The notes: a model not told the origin generated them from the sequence alone. DNA of 64,000 bases from Gemmatimonadota bacterium (GCA_039588295.1 JBDHAB010000005.1:32001-96000), one strand, 5' to 3'. Shown: positions 10,586 to 23,577, counted from the stretch's first letter. Translations and numbers: made by a program.

Positions 10586-13500
10586 CTATCCCTTCACCCC
10601 GTGGCACTTCTTGTACTTCTTCCCGCTGCCACACGGGCAGGGATCGTTCCGTCCCACCTTCGGCACGCCGCGGCGTTGTGGCCGGTTGACGACGTCACCG
10701 CCCTCCCCATGTGATGCATGGAGGCTTGCGGGCGCCGGAGCGGCAGCCGTGGCACCCACCATGAGGTCGGCGTCGGACGCGGCGGCCGCAGGCTTCATTT
10801 CCCGCGTCTCCACGGTACGGGCCGGCCGCTGCAGCTGCGGCGGGCCCGCGGAGATCTGAACCTGGAATTTGAAGAACCGCTCGGTAAACGTGGATCGGAC
10901 GTCGTTCATGAGATCCACGAACATGTCGAACGCTTCCTTCTTGTACTCGATCAGCGGGTCCTTCTGTCCCCACGCGCGATACTGGATACCGGTTCGCAGG
11001 TGATCCAACTCGAACAGGTGGTCCTTCCACTTCTCGTCGAGCACCTGGAGCATGACGTGCGACAACAACCGCTCGGCCAGCTTCTCCGCGTTGTGCCGAT
11101 TCCCCAGCTCATCCCAGGAGTCAATCTTCGTGCGGAACGCTTCTCGACCCGCGTGCTGCAGCATCGACTCGAGCGCTTCTTGGTCGGGGATCTTGTCGGC
11201 ATCCTTGATATCCGGGGCGGAAATCAGGTACCGCATGAGCAGCTCGCTGGCGATCAGCTCGCGGTCCCATTGCTCTGGCAAGTCCGCGCTTTCGTCCCGC
11301 GAGAATCGCTGCAGGGCCTCGTCGATCATGCGAACCGCTTCGGCCTTGAGTTCCTCCCCACCTTCGAGCGCGAACAGCCGAAGCGAGTAGAGCACCTCAC
11401 GCTGCTGGTTCATGACATCGTCGTAATCGAGCAGCCGTTTCCGTGCTTGGAAATTCTGGTACTCGACTCGCTTCTGTGCGCTCTCGATTGCACGCGTCAC
11501 GAGCGGGTGCGTAATCACCTCGCCCTCTTCGGCGCCGGACCGCTCCATGATCTTGGCGACGCGTTCCGACCCGAAGAGCCGCATCAGATCGTCCTCGAGC
11601 GAGAGAAAGAACACGCTGACCCCGGGATCGCCCTGCCGCCCCGATCGGCCACGGAGCTGCCGGTCGATTCTGCGAGATTCATGGCGTTCCGTTCCGATCA
11701 CGACGAGCCCGCAGGGTGGGTCCTCGTTGCAGCCACGCTTCTTGATCTCCCCATCGGAGAGGTCGGCCGACTCGGCGACCTGACCGAACGGTGCAAGTCG
11801 CGATTTGATGCCGCACACCTGGCACTGCTTGACGCCGGATCCGAGTTTGATGTCGGTCCCCCGACCCGCCATGTTCGTCGCGATCGTGATGGCACCCGCG
11901 CGCCCAGCAAGGGCCACAATCTCGGCCTCTCGCTGGTGGTATTTCGCGTTCAACACCTCGTGTTTGAATCCACGACGCTTGAGCATCCGCGCGAGCGTCT
12001 CGGACACTTCCACGCTCGTGGTACCGACCAACACTGGAATCCCACGCTCGTTTTGGCGGATAATCTCATTCAGGATGGCGTTGTACTTCTCGCGCCGCGT
12101 CTTGTGGATGAGATCGTGCTGATCCACTCGGCGTACGGGTCGGTTGGTCGGGATGACCATGACCTCGAGCGAATAGATCTGAAAGAACTCGTGCTCCTCA
12201 GTCTCCGCCGTGCCCGTCATGCCGGCCATCTTGTCGTACATGCGGAAGTAGTTCTGGATCGTGATGGTGGCGAGCGTCTGCGTCTCGCCCCGAATGGTCA
12301 CACCCTCCTTCGCCTCGATCGCCTGATGGAGGCCGTCCGACCAGCGCCGTCCCGGCATGAGCCGGCCGGTGAACTCGTCCACGATGAAGACCTGGCCGTC
12401 CTGCACGACATACTCGACATCCTTCTCATACAGCGCGTGGGCCTGCAACAGCTTGTGGATGATCTGCAGCTTCTCGCTCTTCGAAGCGTATTCGCTCTCG
12501 AGCACCTGGCGCCGCTCGAGTTTCTGCTCCGCCGAGAGCCCGTCGTCATGCTCGATCCGGCCGAACTCCTCCGAGATGTCGGGCACGATGAACAAATCGG
12601 GATCGTCCGGACTCATCCGCTCAACACCCTTGTCGGTGAGATGCACCGAGTGGCCGCGCTCATCCAGCACGAAGAAGAGATCCTCTTCAATCTTGCTCAA
12701 TCGCCGCTGAGTGGCCGGCAGCTTGCGATCGGCAACCCGATCGAGCTCGATGCGCTGCACCAGCTGTTTCACGCCGGGCTCTTGCAGACACTTCATGAGC
12801 TTCTTGTTCTTGGGCATGCCGAGCTGCGCCTGGAACAGCTTCACACCCGTATCGTAGTCAGGTTCGCCGTCGTTCATCTGTCCTTCGACCTCGGCGAGGA
12901 TCTGATTCACCGCCGCTGTCTGCTTACGCGCGAGCTCGGAAACCTGCGCATTGAACTCCGAATACTTTAGATCCGACTCGTTCCCGACCGGTCCGGAGAT
13001 GATGAGCGGTGTTCGCGCCTCGTCGACGAGAATACTGTCGACTTCGTCAATGATCGCGTACACATGCTCCCGCTGGACCCGTTGCTCCAGAGAGAACACC
13101 ATGTTGTCTCTCAGATAGTCGAATCCGAACTCGTTGTTCGTGCCGTAGGTGACGTCGCATTCGTATGCCGCCCGTCGTTCGGGCGTCGAGGGCTCGGTAT
13201 CGTCGAGACAGCCCACGGTGAGCCCCAGCCACTTGAAAAGATGCCCCATCCACTGTGAGTCGCGGCGCGCGAGGTAGTTGTTGACCGTGACGAGATGCGC
13301 ACCGCCACCGGACAGGGCGTTGAGGTAGAGCGGCAGTGTCGCAACCAGCGTCTTGCCCTCGCCGGTGGCCATCTCCGCGATCTTGCCCTGGTGCAGCACA
13401 ATCCCGCCGATGAGCTGGACGTCGTACGGCACCATGTCCCACTCGAGTTCGTGCCCGATAACCACGACCTTCGTCCCCAGCAGTCGACGACACGCCTCCC

Positions 13501-13843
13501 GCACGGTGGCGAACACCTCGGGCAGCAAATCGTCCAACGCGGTGGCCGTCTCTCGCTTGAGCTGCTCCTCCAGCTCGTGCACCTCACGGTTCAGCTCATC
13601 TCGTTCCGCCGGGTCCGCACAGTCATGCCGCGCCTGCTTTCGGTCTGCAAGCCGGGCTCGGAGCGTTCCCAGCTGTTCCTCGAGCGTCTCGCGGAACTTG
13701 GCCGTCTGCGCCTGGATCTCCTCCTCCGGCAGCGTACCCAGTCGCTTCTCGTGCCGGAGGATCTCATCGACGATCGGCTGGATGCGCTTCAATTCCCGCT
13801 CGAAACGCGTCCCAATGACCTTCGTTACCAGCTTCTTAAGCAT
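10586..13843 (-). CDS. secA: Preprotein translocase ATPase SecA
   Basis: [62 protein letters not shown]. Confidence 0.98.
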   Translation of the reverse strand: MLKKLVTKVIGTRFERELKRIQPIVDEILRHEKRLGTLPEEEIQAQTAKFRETLEEQLGTLRARLADRKQARHDCADPAERDELNREVHELEEQLKRETATALDDLLPEVFATVREACRRLLGTKVVVIGHELEWDMVPYDVQLIGGIVLHQGKIAEMATGEGKTLVATLPLYLNALSGGGAHLVTVNNYLARRDSQWMGHLFKWLGLTVGCLDDTEPSTPERRAAYECDVTYGTNNEFGFDYLRDNMVFSLEQRVQREHVYAIIDEVDSILVDEARTPLIISGPVGNESDLKYSEFNAQVSELARKQTAAVNQILAEVEGQMNDGEPDYDTGVKLFQAQLGMPKNKKLMKCLQEPGVKQLVQRIELDRVADRKLPATQRRLSKIEEDLFFVLDERGHSVHLTDKGVERMSPDDPDLFIVPDISEEFGRIEHDDGLSAEQKLERRQVLESEYASKSEKLQIIHKLLQAHALYEKDVEYVVQDGQVFIVDEFTGRLMPGRRWSDGLHQAIEAKEGVTIRGETQTLATITIQNYFRMYDKMAGMTGTAETEEHEFFQIYSLEVMVIPTNRPVRRVDQHDLIHKTRREKYNAILNEIIRQNERGIPVLVGTTSVEVSETLARMLKRRGFKHEVLNAKYHQREAEIVALAGRAGAITIATNMAGRGTDIKLGSGVKQCQVCGIKSRLAPFGQVAESADLSDGEIKKRGCNEDPPCGLVVIGTERHESRRIDRQLRGRSGRQGDPGVSVFFLSLEDDLMRLFGSERVAKIMERSGAEEGEVITHPLVTRAIESAQKRVEYQNFQARKRLLDYDDVMNQQREVLYSLRLFALEGGEELKAEAVRMIDEALQRFSRDESADLPEQWDRELIASELLMRYLISAPDIKDADKIPDQEALESMLQHAGREAFRTKIDSWDELGNRHNAEKLAERLLSHVMLQVLDEKWKDHLFELDHLRTGIQYRAWGQKDPLIEYKKEAFDMFVDLMNDVRSTFTERFFKFQVQISAGPPQLQRPARTVETREMKPAAAASDADLMVGATAAAPAPASLHASHGEGGDVVNRPQRRGVPKVGRNDPCPCGSGKKYKKCHGVKG

Positions 13844-14417
13844 CGGAGTCTACGCGATACAATCCATGTGATTCGATGTACTCCGCCACGGTTGGCGGTA
13901 CGAACTCGTCGATTGACTCGCCACGCTCCACCCGCCAGCGAACTGCGGTAGCCGAAACCGCTACCTCGGGAACGTGGAGCAGCTCGCCAACCGGTAGTGC
14001 GACGCCGGCGTCCGCGCCCGGCCGGGTCAGCACCACGATTCGAGCCAACTGCCGAATCCGGTCGGGGTCCTTCCACATCGGGAAGTCGCCGGCCGCATCC
14101 AGTCCAACCAGTAAACATAACCGGTCATCACGGAATTCCGCCTTCATCTCCTGCAAGGTGTCGACGGTGTAGGAAACGCCGGCCCGTCGGATCTCGCGAG
14201 GATCTGCGACAAACCGTGGATCCTCCGCGGCGGCCAGGCGCAGCATCGCGAGCCGATCTTCAGGGGACGCCCGATGGCTCCCAGCTTTGAACGGTTGCTG
14301 CCACGCGGGGACGAAGTGGACAACGTCGAGCGCGAGTTGATCCGCAGCGGATCGAGCGACGACCAGGTGCCCGACGTGAATCGGATCGAACGAGCCTCCA
14401 AAAATCGCGCGGTGCAT
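13836..14417 (-). CDS. nadD: Nicotinate-nucleotide adenylyltransferase
   Basis: [35 protein letters not shown]. Confidence 0.93.
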   Translation of the reverse strand: MHRAIFGGSFDPIHVGHLVVARSAADQLALDVVHFVPAWQQPFKAGSHRASPEDRLAMLRLAAAEDPRFVADPREIRRAGVSYTVDTLQEMKAEFRDDRLCLLVGLDAAGDFPMWKDPDRIRQLARIVVLTRPGADAGVALPVGELLHVPEVAVSATAVRWRVERGESIDEFVPPTVAEYIESHGLYRVDSDA

Positions 14418-14481
14418 AGCACGGGTCAAAGACTCGGGGCGAAGGGACAGTGGCCGCTTCGACCGACCGCCCACACCCGCG

Positions 14482-15228
14482 TCACCCGATCCCGGAGATC
14501 TCACGCTGGCAGGCTTCGCCGGCCCCCTCCGTCCCCGGATAGTATTGCTGGAGGTGCAGACACATCGCCTGCTGGTCGTCCTGATACCCGATCCGGTCAT
14601 AGGCCTCGATCAGCCGCACAACGGCCCTCGGCGCATAGCCACTCTGCGGGTACTTCGCCACGACGTCCTTGAAGTAGATGATTGCCGAATCAAAGGCACG
14701 AAGCCGCAGATAAAACACACCAGCCTTGTACGCCTTTTCGGCAAACTTCTCATTCAGCTCGGTGATGCGCAGCTGCGCCCGATCTGCCCCCGGGGTGCTC
14801 GGAAACCGCCCCAGCAACTCCGCATAGGTCGCGACAGCGGTTTCCCCGTAGGTCGGGTCGAGCTCCGGGTCTCTCCACAACTCCGCGTACGCGTCCCCCG
14901 CACGAAGCAAGGCGTCGGGAGCCAGGCGATGCCGCGGGAACTCATCGGCCACCCGACGGAATTGCCGCGCTGCTTCCAGCTCCTCGTTCTGGTCCAGCAT
15001 ACACTCCGCCAGATAATATCGGACCTCCGCGTGACGCTGGTCGCGTGGCGGGAGCTCGAACGTGAGACGCTGAAACCCCTGACGCGCCACCCCACAGTTG
15101 CCGGCGCGAAAGGCGGACATCGAGGCATCAAACAACGCTTCAGGCGTCGGATACAGCGCGGGATCCAGCCTGTTCCCACACGCGGTCACGACGAGGACCG
15201 CCAGCACGGCTACGGAGGCACGTATCAT
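14482..15228 (-). CDS. bamD: Outer membrane protein assembly factor BamD (TPR lipoprotein)
   Basis: Lipobox VTAC; TPR helices; ELDPTY...A...FP...A...KAYKAGVFYLR...SAIIYF pattern. Confidence 0.8.
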   Translation of the reverse strand: MIRASVAVLAVLVVTACGNRLDPALYPTPEALFDASMSAFRAGNCGVARQGFQRLTFELPPRDQRHAEVRYYLAECMLDQNEELEAARQFRRVADEFPRHRLAPDALLRAGDAYAELWRDPELDPTYGETAVATYAELLGRFPSTPGADRAQLRITELNEKFAEKAYKAGVFYLRLRAFDSAIIYFKDVVAKYPQSGYAPRAVVRLIEAYDRIGYQDDQQAMCLHLQQYYPGTEGAGEACQREISGIG

Positions 15229-15319
15229 CGCCGCTTTAGTACCCGCGTCCACGACGGTGTTCCCCCACGGGAGCGCGCGAGCATCACCCCGCGGCACGCC
15301 CCGTGCACCTGTCCCAATC

Positions 15320-16237
15320 TCACCGCACCCTCATATCCGGCGCCGCAATGCGATTGAGCCGCTCCGACACGATTGCATAGACCGAGTCCCCTGGTCGCAG
15401 TCCGACGCGCGCCCGTTCGTAGGCCTCGATGGCGCCTCTCACGTCCCCGAGCGCGAAGCGGACGTCTCCCAGCCCCAAGTAGGCGCTCCGAGTCTCCGGC
15501 GTGTTCCCTCCGCTGGTGGCTGCACGTTCGAACCACTGTTCGGCCAAACTCGGCTGACCGCCATCGAGGGCCCGCTGCCCGATCGCCAGCGCGCAGCGAA
15601 CGAGACCCCATCGCGCGTCCCGGGTGATCATGGGATCTCGCTGGCGGCGCACCAGACTCTCAAACACGTCAGATGCCGCTTGGCAGCGTCCCAGGCGCCG
15701 GAGCACCGAACCATAGGTATACATGACCGAGTCCTGGCTCCGCGCGTTTGGCGCCGCCGCCGCCGCATAGATCAGCACCCGCAGGGCCTCAGGTGTTCGC
15801 GCGACGTCACCCGCGGTGGCGGCCATCTCGCCAGCGAATGCACCAAGCGCCCGTCCGGGGGCCACCGTCTGCAATCCACCCAGGGCTGCCGCCAGCGCGA
15901 CTTGATCGCCGCGGCCGATTGCGGCGTGGGCCACCCGAACGAGACCATCTGCCGCCTCGTCGGCGGCAGATTCGCTCCCCTCGGCTCCCAGTGCGGCAAA
16001 CTCCGCCGCAGCGTCCTCGAGTGCACCGGCCTTCAGGGCAGCGGCAGCGGCCTTTCGACGGAGGTCCACGGTTGGTGAGCCGCCGACAAACGCCAGCCGA
16101 TACTCTACGAGCGCGTCGGCGTAGCGACCGTCGGCGTAGGCTTCGTCCGCGATCGACTCGTGTTCGGCAGCGGCCCCGACGCACGCCGAGAGGAGTACGG
16201 CTCCCCCGAGGATCGTGAGCGAGCGACGCAGCGTCAC
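15320..16237 (-). CDS. TPR-repeat lipoprotein
   Basis: Lipobox LLSAC after GTG 16237; TPR-like AYLGLGDVRFALGDVRGAIEAYERA. Confidence 0.75.
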   Translation of the reverse strand: MTLRRSLTILGGAVLLSACVGAAAEHESIADEAYADGRYADALVEYRLAFVGGSPTVDLRRKAAAAALKAGALEDAAAEFAALGAEGSESAADEAADGLVRVAHAAIGRGDQVALAAALGGLQTVAPGRALGAFAGEMAATAGDVARTPEALRVLIYAAAAAPNARSQDSVMYTYGSVLRRLGRCQAASDVFESLVRRQRDPMITRDARWGLVRCALAIGQRALDGGQPSLAEQWFERAATSGGNTPETRSAYLGLGDVRFALGDVRGAIEAYERARVGLRPGDSVYAIVSERLNRIAAPDMRVR

Positions 16238-16247
16238 AGCCGGGCGG

Positions 16248-16955
16248 CTACCCGCCAAACCGCTCGAGCATGCTGAGGTAGGCGGTCGCGCGCCGGTCTT
16301 GTGGATGATCTTCGGCAACCGCTTCCCAGATGCGCCGCGCGCTGCGGGGGTCTCCCGACAAGTAGCACGCCAAGCCGAGCGCGGCCCGCGCCTCGACCAT
16401 GTCCGGTCTCGCTTCTGCGACCTGCTCCAACTCCTCGCGTGCCTCCAGCGACCGACCTGCATCCAGCAGCACTCGGCCAAGACGGTATCGCACATCGTGG
16501 AAGTGTCGACCCAGTTCCAGCGCTCGCTGGTACTGCTCGACCGCGCGGTTGAGCGCCCCGGCCAGGGCATACGCTTCGCCGAGTTCCGCGTGCTTGTTGG
16601 CGAGTTTCGCGGCATGGTGGGCTGGCAGTCCACCCCAATCCTCACCGCCCGACGCCTTGGCCTCGGCGAATGCCAGAGCGGCATCCTGTTCGCGGCCGAG
16701 CCTCGCCAGCACGATGCCACGATGCATGTGCGCTTCGACGTAGCGCGGATTGAGTTTCAGCGCCGCGTCAAACGCCTCCAGGGCCCTCTCCGGCTGGTCG
16801 ACAAGCTCGTAGGACAGACCGATGATGTGATAGGCATCGGCGAACGCCCGGCCTTGCTCCACCAACTCCTCGACCAGATGGATGGTCCCGTGGTAGTCCT
16901 GGAGCGCGAAGCGCTCCTTGGCTAGCTCAAGTTGCTGTCGGGGACTGACGTCCAT
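16248..16955 (-). CDS. Tetratricopeptide repeat protein
   Basis: Multiple TPRs (ALKLNPRYVEAHMHRG; YQRALELG..F.DVRYRLG). Confidence 0.85.
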   Translation of the reverse strand: MDVSPRQQLELAKERFALQDYHGTIHLVEELVEQGRAFADAYHIIGLSYELVDQPERALEAFDAALKLNPRYVEAHMHRGIVLARLGREQDAALAFAEAKASGGEDWGGLPAHHAAKLANKHAELGEAYALAGALNRAVEQYQRALELGRHFHDVRYRLGRVLLDAGRSLEAREELEQVAEARPDMVEARAALGLACYLSGDPRSARRIWEAVAEDHPQDRRATAYLSMLERFGG

Positions 16956-17910
16956 AGGTGTCCTCGTACCATTTGACGAATGCAGGGATCCCATCCTCAA
17001 TCTTGACCGTTGGCGCGTATCCGAGAACCGCTCGTGCCTTGCCGATATCGGCGAACGTGCGTTTCACATCGCCCGGCTGCGGCGGAAGCACCTCGATGCG
17101 CGGGGGGAAGCGTAGGGCAGCACCAATCAGCTCGATCAAGTAACTGAGCCGAACGGTTCGCGACACTCCCAAGTTGAAAATCTCGTGCGCCGCCTCATCG
17201 GGCTCGGTCCACGTCACTGCACCCAGCACCCCTTGGACGATGTCATCGATATGGGTGTAGTCCCGCTCAGTCGAGCCATCACCGAACTGCTGAATCGTCG
17301 ATCCTTGCTTCAGCAGCCGGGTGAACCGATGGATGGCGAGATCGGGACGCTGGCGCGGCCCATACACGGTGAAGAACCGAAGCGAGGCTATGCGCAATCC
17401 GTAGAGGTGCGTATACACCTGGCAGAGTAACTCGCCAGCTCGCTTCGTGGCGGCATAGGGAGAAATGGGGGCGAGCGCGGGCTCGTCCTCACGAAACGGG
17501 ACGGGAGTAGCATCGCCGTAGACGGACGAGGAGGAGCCGAAGACGAAGCGCCGAATTCCCGTTTGCCGAGCTGCCTCTAAGAGCTGTACCGTACCTTCCA
17601 CATTGATCGAACTGTACAGCATCGGCTGCTCGATACTTGGTCGCACGCCCGCCCGTGCCGCCAAATGCAGAATCACGTCGACCCCGTCGAGGAGGCTGGG
17701 AAACACACCGGCGTTTCGTATGTCGACCTCGATGAACGAAAATCCCTTGCGCCCAGAGAGTTCCGCGATCGCTTGCTCTTTGATCGTTCGATCGTAGAAC
17801 GGATCGAAATTGTCCACGCCAAGGACTTCATACGCGTTGTCCAGCAGCGCTCGGCAGCAGTGACCACCGATGAAGCCTGCCGCTCCCGTAACGAGCACGC
17901 GCTGCGTCAC
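16927..17910 (-). CDS. NAD-dependent epimerase, UDP-glucuronate 4-epimerase-like
   Basis: [40 protein letters not shown]. Confidence 0.88.
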   Translation of the reverse strand: MTQRVLVTGAAGFIGGHCCRALLDNAYEVLGVDNFDPFYDRTIKEQAIAELSGRKGFSFIEVDIRNAGVFPSLLDGVDVILHLAARAGVRPSIEQPMLYSSINVEGTVQLLEAARQTGIRRFVFGSSSSVYGDATPVPFREDEPALAPISPYAATKRAGELLCQVYTHLYGLRIASLRFFTVYGPRQRPDLAIHRFTRLLKQGSTIQQFGDGSTERDYTHIDDIVQGVLGAVTWTEPDEAAHEIFNLGVSRTVRLSYLIELIGAALRFPPRIEVLPPQPGDVKRTFADIGKARAVLGYAPTVKIEDGIPAFVKWYEDTYGRQSPTAT

Positions 17911-18842
17911 TGTCCGACTCGCTCTCTGAAGTACGCGATCGTCCGCCGCAGTCCCTCCTCCAACTCGATCTGGGGCTCCCAGCCCAGCTGGTCCATTGCC
18001 CGGCTAATGTTGGGCTGTCGCTGCTTGGGATCGTCGGTTGGCAGCGGCTCAAACACGATCTTCGAAGTGGAGCCGGTCAGGCGCTGCACGATCTCGGCCA
18101 GTTCCACGACCGTGAACTCCACTGGATTCCCGACGTTTGTGGGTCCCGCTTCCCCGTGCTCGAATAGCCGTACGATACCTTCGATAAGGTCCTCCACGTA
18201 ACAGAACGACCGAGTCTGTTCCCCGTCCCCGTACACGGTGAGCGGCTCGTCTCTGATCGCCTGCACGATGAAGTTCGAGACCACGCGGCCGTCGTTGGGT
18301 CGCATGCGCGGACCATACGTGTTGAAGATGCGAACAATGCGGGTGTCGAGACCGTGATAGCGATGGTACGCCATGGTCATGGCCTCGGCGAATCGCTTCG
18401 CCTCATCGTACACGCCTCGAGGGCCGATCGGGTTCACGTGTCCCCAGTACGTTTCGGGTTGCGGATGTTCCTGAGGATCACCGTACACCTCCGAGGTGCT
18501 GGCGAGCAGGAATCGCGCACCCTTTGCCTTTGCCAAGCCCAAAGAGTTGTGCGTGCCCAATGACCCGACTTTGAGCGTTTGGATCGGGAGTTGCAGGTAG
18601 TCAATCGGACTCGCCGGGGACGCGAAGTGAAACACCCCATCGACCTGTCCGTCCACGTCGATGAATTTCGTTACGTCGTGCCGGACGAACGAGAAGCGCT
18701 CGCCACGCTCCAAGTGGGCAATGTTGGCTAGACTCCCCGTGATCAAGTTGTCGATCCCAACCACCTCATGTCCGAGGGCAATAAGCCGATCGGTAAGGTG
18801 CGATCCGAGGAACCCCGCGGCTCCGGTTACGACGATACGCAT
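17907..18842 (-). CDS. uxs: UDP-glucuronate decarboxylase (UDP-xylose synthase)
   Basis: [47 protein letters not shown]. Confidence 0.9.
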   Translation of the reverse strand: MRIVVTGAAGFLGSHLTDRLIALGHEVVGIDNLITGSLANIAHLERGERFSFVRHDVTKFIDVDGQVDGVFHFASPASPIDYLQLPIQTLKVGSLGTHNSLGLAKAKGARFLLASTSEVYGDPQEHPQPETYWGHVNPIGPRGVYDEAKRFAEAMTMAYHRYHGLDTRIVRIFNTYGPRMRPNDGRVVSNFIVQAIRDEPLTVYGDGEQTRSFCYVEDLIEGIVRLFEHGEAGPTNVGNPVEFTVVELAEIVQRLTGSTSKIVFEPLPTDDPKQRQPNISRAMDQLGWEPQIELEEGLRRTIAYFRERVGQ

Positions 18843-20149
18843 CAGGCCGCCCCTCGACCGAGCCCGTAGTACGTGAACCCGAGATCAGCCATCTTGCGTG
18901 GGTCGTAGAGGTTGCGACCATCCACCACCAGCGGACGCTGCATCAACTCCTTCATGCGCCCGAAGTTGGGATTGCGATATTCCATCCACTCCGTCACGAT
19001 CACCAGCGCATCAGCGCCCGCCAATGCATCGTACATATGGTCGGCGTACGCGATGCGGGCCCCGAAGAGACGACGCGCAGAACCAAGCGCCTCCGGATCA
19101 TGCGCGTGGACCTGTCCCCTGCCCGTGAGGATCGATTTGACCAACGGGATCGCCGGGCTCTCCCGCATGTCATCGGTCCGCGCTTTGAAGGCCAGCCCCC
19201 AGACTGCCACCTTCTTCCCCGCAACGGTTCCACCCATTGCCGCGGTGAGTTTCTCCCCAAGTTTGTGCTTCTGACGGTCGTTCACGGCTTCGACGGCCTT
19301 GAGGATGTCGAGCGAAACGTTACGATCGCCCGCCGTCCCTATCAGCGCCCGCACGTCCTTCGGGAAGCAGGAACCGCCGTAGCCAGGGCCTGGAAACAAG
19401 AAGGCCGATCCGATTCTGGCATCGCTGCCGATGCCGCGACGCACCAGCGTGATGTCGGCACCGACCTCCTCACACAGCTCGGCCATCTGGTTCATGAACG
19501 AAATGCGGGTGGCCAGCATGGCATTGGCTGCGTACTTCGTGAGCTCGGCTGACGCGATATCCATGAAGATGATTGGATTGCCCGTGCGCACGAACGGAGC
19601 GAATAGCTGGCGGAGAACCTCCTCTGCCTCCGGGGAATCGACCCCGATCACGACTCGATCCGGCTTCATGAAGTCTTCGACCGCAGCACCCTCCTTGAGA
19701 AACTCGGGGTTGGAGCAGACATGAAACCGCTGGGAGGTCCGGGCAGCGATGGTCTCACGAACCTTCGCCGCCGTCCCGACCGGCACCGTGCTCTTGGTGA
19801 TCACGACTTTCGCGCTGTTCATGTGATCGCCGATCAGCTCTGCGACGGCCACCACATGTTGGAGATCCGCGGAACCGTCCTCGTCCGGCGGCGTCCCAAC
19901 CGCAATGAAGACCACGTCGGACGCCTCGACCGCGGCACTGACATCAGTGGAGAACGCCAGCCGTCCCGCCGCACGATTGCCCGCAACCAACGGTTCCAAC
20001 CCAGGTTCGTAGATCGGGATCTTGTCCCGGTTGAGATCCGCTATCTTGTTCGCGTCGACGTCGGCACAGATCACATCGTTCCCGGTCTCCGCTAGACAAG
20101 CTCCGACGACGAGACCCACGTATCCGGTGCCGATCACCGCGACCCTCAT
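18842..20149 (-). CDS. ugd: UDP-glucose 6-dehydrogenase
   Basis: [33 protein letters not shown]. Confidence 0.93.
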   Translation of the reverse strand: MRVAVIGTGYVGLVVGACLAETGNDVICADVDANKIADLNRDKIPIYEPGLEPLVAGNRAAGRLAFSTDVSAAVEASDVVFIAVGTPPDEDGSADLQHVVAVAELIGDHMNSAKVVITKSTVPVGTAAKVRETIAARTSQRFHVCSNPEFLKEGAAVEDFMKPDRVVIGVDSPEAEEVLRQLFAPFVRTGNPIIFMDIASAELTKYAANAMLATRISFMNQMAELCEEVGADITLVRRGIGSDARIGSAFLFPGPGYGGSCFPKDVRALIGTAGDRNVSLDILKAVEAVNDRQKHKLGEKLTAAMGGTVAGKKVAVWGLAFKARTDDMRESPAIPLVKSILTGRGQVHAHDPEALGSARRLFGARIAYADHMYDALAGADALVIVTEWMEYRNPNFGRMKELMQRPLVVDGRNLYDPRKMADLGFTYYGLGRGAA

Positions 20150-21438
20150 TTCGCTTCCTTCCCTTTCAACGCGTTACGCGTGTCCACGACCCGCCTCGCC
20201 TGCCTCGACAGCATGTCGTAATCGAGGTTCGTGTGATCGGTGGCAATGACTACGCAGTCGGCCGCAGCGACGATGTCGGGCGTCAACGCGACACTCGAGA
20301 GATCGATCCCGTCTTCGCGAAGCTGCTCCACATACGGATCGTGATAGGATACGTTGGCTCCCTGAGCGAGAAGGAGTCGGACGATATCCAACGCCGGACT
20401 CTCTCTGACATCGTCGATGTCCTTCTTGTACGCCATACCGATGAGGAGCACGCGAGATCCCCGAACCGCCTTGGCATCCTCGTTCAGCCCTTCCGTGACC
20501 TTCCGCACCCAGAACGCCGGCATCTCGGAGTTGACCTCCCCGGCTACCTCGATGAACCGTGTCTTGTAGTTGAGCGCCCGCATCTTCCACGCGAGATAGT
20601 GCGGATCAATCGGGATGCAGTGTCCGCCCAGTCCCGGACCGGGCGTGAATTTCATGAAGCCAAACGGCTTGGTGGCGGCTGCATCGATGACTTCCCACAC
20701 GTTCACACCCAAGCGATCACACACCATCGCCATTTCGTTGACCAGGCCGATGTTCACACTACGGAACGTGTTCTCGAGCAGCTTGACGAGCTCCGCGGCC
20801 TCCGGTGAAGAAACCGGCACGAGTGTGTCGAACACGGGCTCGTAGAGGGAACGCACGACTCGACGGCATGCGGCGGTGACACCCCCAATCACTTTCGGCG
20901 TGTTGCGGGTCTGCCACGTCGGATTGCCCGGATCCACCCGCTCCGGACTGAACGCCAGGAACACGTCCGTGCCGACCTCCAGACCTTTCACCTGGATCCT
21001 CGGCAGTAGCAGTTCCCGTGTCGTCCCGGGATACGTTGTGCTCTCCAGCACCACCACCTGACCGGCACGCACCGTGCTGGTGACCGATTCGCCGGCGGCC
21101 AGTACAAAAGACACGTCTGGGTCCTTTGTCTTGGAGAGCGGAGTGGGAACGCAGATCGCGACGACATCCACCTCGCTCAACCGCTCCATGTCCGTGGTCG
21201 CGCTGATTCTTCCGTCCCGCACGAGCGGGTTGAGCCGGGCCGTGGGGACGTCCTGGATGTGGGATGTCCCACCATTGACGCGGTCCACCACGGCGTCTTT
21301 GACGTCGAATCCCAAGACGCTGTATCCGGCGTCCGCCACCTCGACCGCCAAGGGCAGTCCGACGTAGCCCAGGCCGACGACGCCAAACACCGCTGATCGG
21401 TCCGCCGCCTTCCGGAGCAACTGTTGCTCAGCGTTCAT
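20146..21438 (-). CDS. Nucleotide-sugar dehydrogenase (UDP-GlcNAc 6-dehydrogenase, WbpA-like)
   Basis: [38 protein letters not shown]. Confidence 0.9.
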   Translation of the reverse strand: MNAEQQLLRKAADRSAVFGVVGLGYVGLPLAVEVADAGYSVLGFDVKDAVVDRVNGGTSHIQDVPTARLNPLVRDGRISATTDMERLSEVDVVAICVPTPLSKTKDPDVSFVLAAGESVTSTVRAGQVVVLESTTYPGTTRELLLPRIQVKGLEVGTDVFLAFSPERVDPGNPTWQTRNTPKVIGGVTAACRRVVRSLYEPVFDTLVPVSSPEAAELVKLLENTFRSVNIGLVNEMAMVCDRLGVNVWEVIDAAATKPFGFMKFTPGPGLGGHCIPIDPHYLAWKMRALNYKTRFIEVAGEVNSEMPAFWVRKVTEGLNEDAKAVRGSRVLLIGMAYKKDIDDVRESPALDIVRLLLAQGANVSYHDPYVEQLREDGIDLSSVALTPDIVAAADCVVIATDHTNLDYDMLSRQARRVVDTRNALKGKEAK

Positions 21439-22465
21439 GGTGTCCTGCACCAGTTGTGGATGCGATCGGCACCCCCACCCCACCATTTGCCATTGACTCC
21501 GTTGCTGCCTCCAAGATTCGTACCACGCTGACCCCGTCCCACACACTTACCCGTGGTTTCGCCTCGCCGCGGGCCACTTGCACGAAGTGGCTCAGCTCAG
21601 CACTCAAGGGCTCCACATTGGGCACGCGGGGGATCGTGATGTCGCCCTCGCGGATCGCCAGGCTCTCGCCGTACGATGCATATTCCGGCGGCCGGTCCAC
21701 TCCCTTGTTGTAGATCCGGAGTTTCTCCCGAGCCTCCATGTCGTCGAACACGACCATCTTCTGTGAACCTACGACCGTGAGCCGCCGCTCCTTACGCGGA
21801 TCGAGCCACGACATCTGGACATGCGCGATGACTCCTGAGGCAAATTCCATGGTCATGAACACGACGTCCTCGATTCCAGGCTGGAGATAGCTCTTCCCCT
21901 GCGCCGTGACTCGTACCGGCAATTCACCCAACAGATCGAGCGCGACCGAGATGTCGTGTGGCCCGAAACTCCACAGCGCGTTTTCGTCGGGCCTCACTTG
22001 GCCGAGATTCACACGTTGGCTGTACAGGTAGTACGGCTCGCCCAGGTCACCCGCCTGTAGCATCCGTTTGAGCCGCTCGACGGCCGAGTGGAACACGAGG
22101 AGGTGCCCCACCACGACGGGAACCTTCTTCGAATCGGCGAGCCGTGCCACCTCGATTGCCCTCCCACTCGAGAGGGCAAAGGGCTTCTCCACCAGGGCCG
22201 GTAGCCCTCGCTCGATCGCCCGCGCAGTCAGCTCAGCATGCTCCGCCGCGGGCGTTGCGATCACAACCGCATCTGCACGATCGAACGCCTCGTCGGCTGT
22301 CGCGACCAAGGGCACTCCGGGATAGCGGCGCCCCACAGCATCCAGCTTCACGCGATCGACGTCACAGATGGCCGTCAACTCGGCATCGGCGAGCGCTGCC
22401 ACCGTGCGGACGTGATTGCGTCCCCAGTTCCCCACCCCGATTACCGCCACACGTAGCTTGGTCAT
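21428..22465 (-). CDS. Gfo/Idh/MocA oxidoreductase (WbpB-like)
   Basis: VIGVGNWGRNH, VEKPF, PHDI; context between aminotransferase and dehydrogenase. Confidence 0.85.
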   Translation of the reverse strand: MTKLRVAVIGVGNWGRNHVRTVAALADAELTAICDVDRVKLDAVGRRYPGVPLVATADEAFDRADAVVIATPAAEHAELTARAIERGLPALVEKPFALSSGRAIEVARLADSKKVPVVVGHLLVFHSAVERLKRMLQAGDLGEPYYLYSQRVNLGQVRPDENALWSFGPHDISVALDLLGELPVRVTAQGKSYLQPGIEDVVFMTMEFASGVIAHVQMSWLDPRKERRLTVVGSQKMVVFDDMEAREKLRIYNKGVDRPPEYASYGESLAIREGDITIPRVPNVEPLSAELSHFVQVARGEAKPRVSVWDGVSVVRILEAATESMANGGVGVPIASTTGAGHHER

Positions 22466-23577
22466 GAAAAGAACTCCCGCACCGCCCCGATCACGTAGTG
22501 CTGCTGGTCCTCCGACAGCTCGGGGTAGACCGGCAGGGACAGAACCTCTCGGCACGCCCGCTCAGCCTCCGGCAACTGCCCTTCGTGGTAGCCCAGCGGC
22601 GCAAAACACGGCTGCAGATGGAGGGGCTTGGGATAGTACACCGCACTCCCAATGCCTTGCTCCGTCAGGTGCCGCTTCAGCTCATCACGGCGCTCGACGC
22701 GAAGCGTGTATTGATGAAACGTGTGTTCGTTGGCGTCGTCGCTTGCCGGCGTCGTCACCCCGTCCAGTCCGCCAAACGCTGCATTGTAGCGGTGCGCATT
22801 GGCCCGCCGCGCGGCGTTCCAATCGTTCAAATGCGCGAGCTTGACCAGCAGCACGGCAGCCTGCAGCGTGTCCAGCCGACTGTTGATGCCAACTTCTTCG
22901 TGATGGTACTGCTTGGCACCTCCGTGCGTCCGGAGCCGCCGCAACCGCTCAGCGCGCTGCACGTCTTGGCACGCGATCATGCCGCCGTCGCCCCATCCGC
23001 CGAGGTTCTTGCTGGGGAAGAACGACAGCGCCCCCGTTGCCCCAAGCCCACCCGCTCGGCACCACGTGCCTTCAATCTGACGCCGTGCCCCGATGGCCTG
23101 CGCCGCGTCCTCGATGATCGCTAGGCCGTGGCGCTCGGTGAGGGCAAGAACCTCTTCCATCGCCGCCATCTGCCCGAACAGGTGCACAGGGACAATCGCA
23201 CGCGTACGCCCCGTGACGGCGGCCCGGGTCTGCTCAAGGTCCAGGTTGAAGTTGTGGGGATCGATATCGACGAACACTGGCGTTCCGCCCGCATTCACGA
23301 TCGCACCGGCTGTGGCGAAGAATGTGAACGTCGATGTGATCACCTCGTCGCCGGGCTCGAGATCCAGCGTTTTGAGCGAGAGCAAGAGCCCATCGGTCCC
23401 GCTGGCGCAGGCAATTCCCTCGCGCGCGCCGCAGAATGCCGCAACGGCGTTCTCCAATCGCTTCACCGGCTCGCCCATGATGAACTGCTGCGACTCGACG
23501 GCGTCGAGCAGCGCCGGCACCACCTCGTCGCGTATCGCCTCGAGCTGGGCCCGAAGGTCCAGCAGGGGAACCTGCAC
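22462..23577 (-). CDS. DegT/DnrJ/EryC1/StrS aminotransferase (WbpE-like)
   Basis: PVHLFGQ, IEDAAQA, SFFPSKNLG..GDGG, NSRLD. Confidence 0.92.
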   Translation of the reverse strand: MQVPLLDLRAQLEAIRDEVVPALLDAVESQQFIMGEPVKRLENAVAAFCGAREGIACASGTDGLLLSLKTLDLEPGDEVITSTFTFFATAGAIVNAGGTPVFVDIDPHNFNLDLEQTRAAVTGRTRAIVPVHLFGQMAAMEEVLALTERHGLAIIEDAAQAIGARRQIEGTWCRAGGLGATGALSFFPSKNLGGWGDGGMIACQDVQRAERLRRLRTHGGAKQYHHEEVGINSRLDTLQAAVLLVKLAHLNDWNAARRANAHRYNAAFGGLDGVTTPASDDANEHTFHQYTLRVERRDELKRHLTEQGIGSAVYYPKPLHLQPCFAPLGYHEGQLPEAERACREVLSLPVYPELSEDQQHYVIGAVREFFS

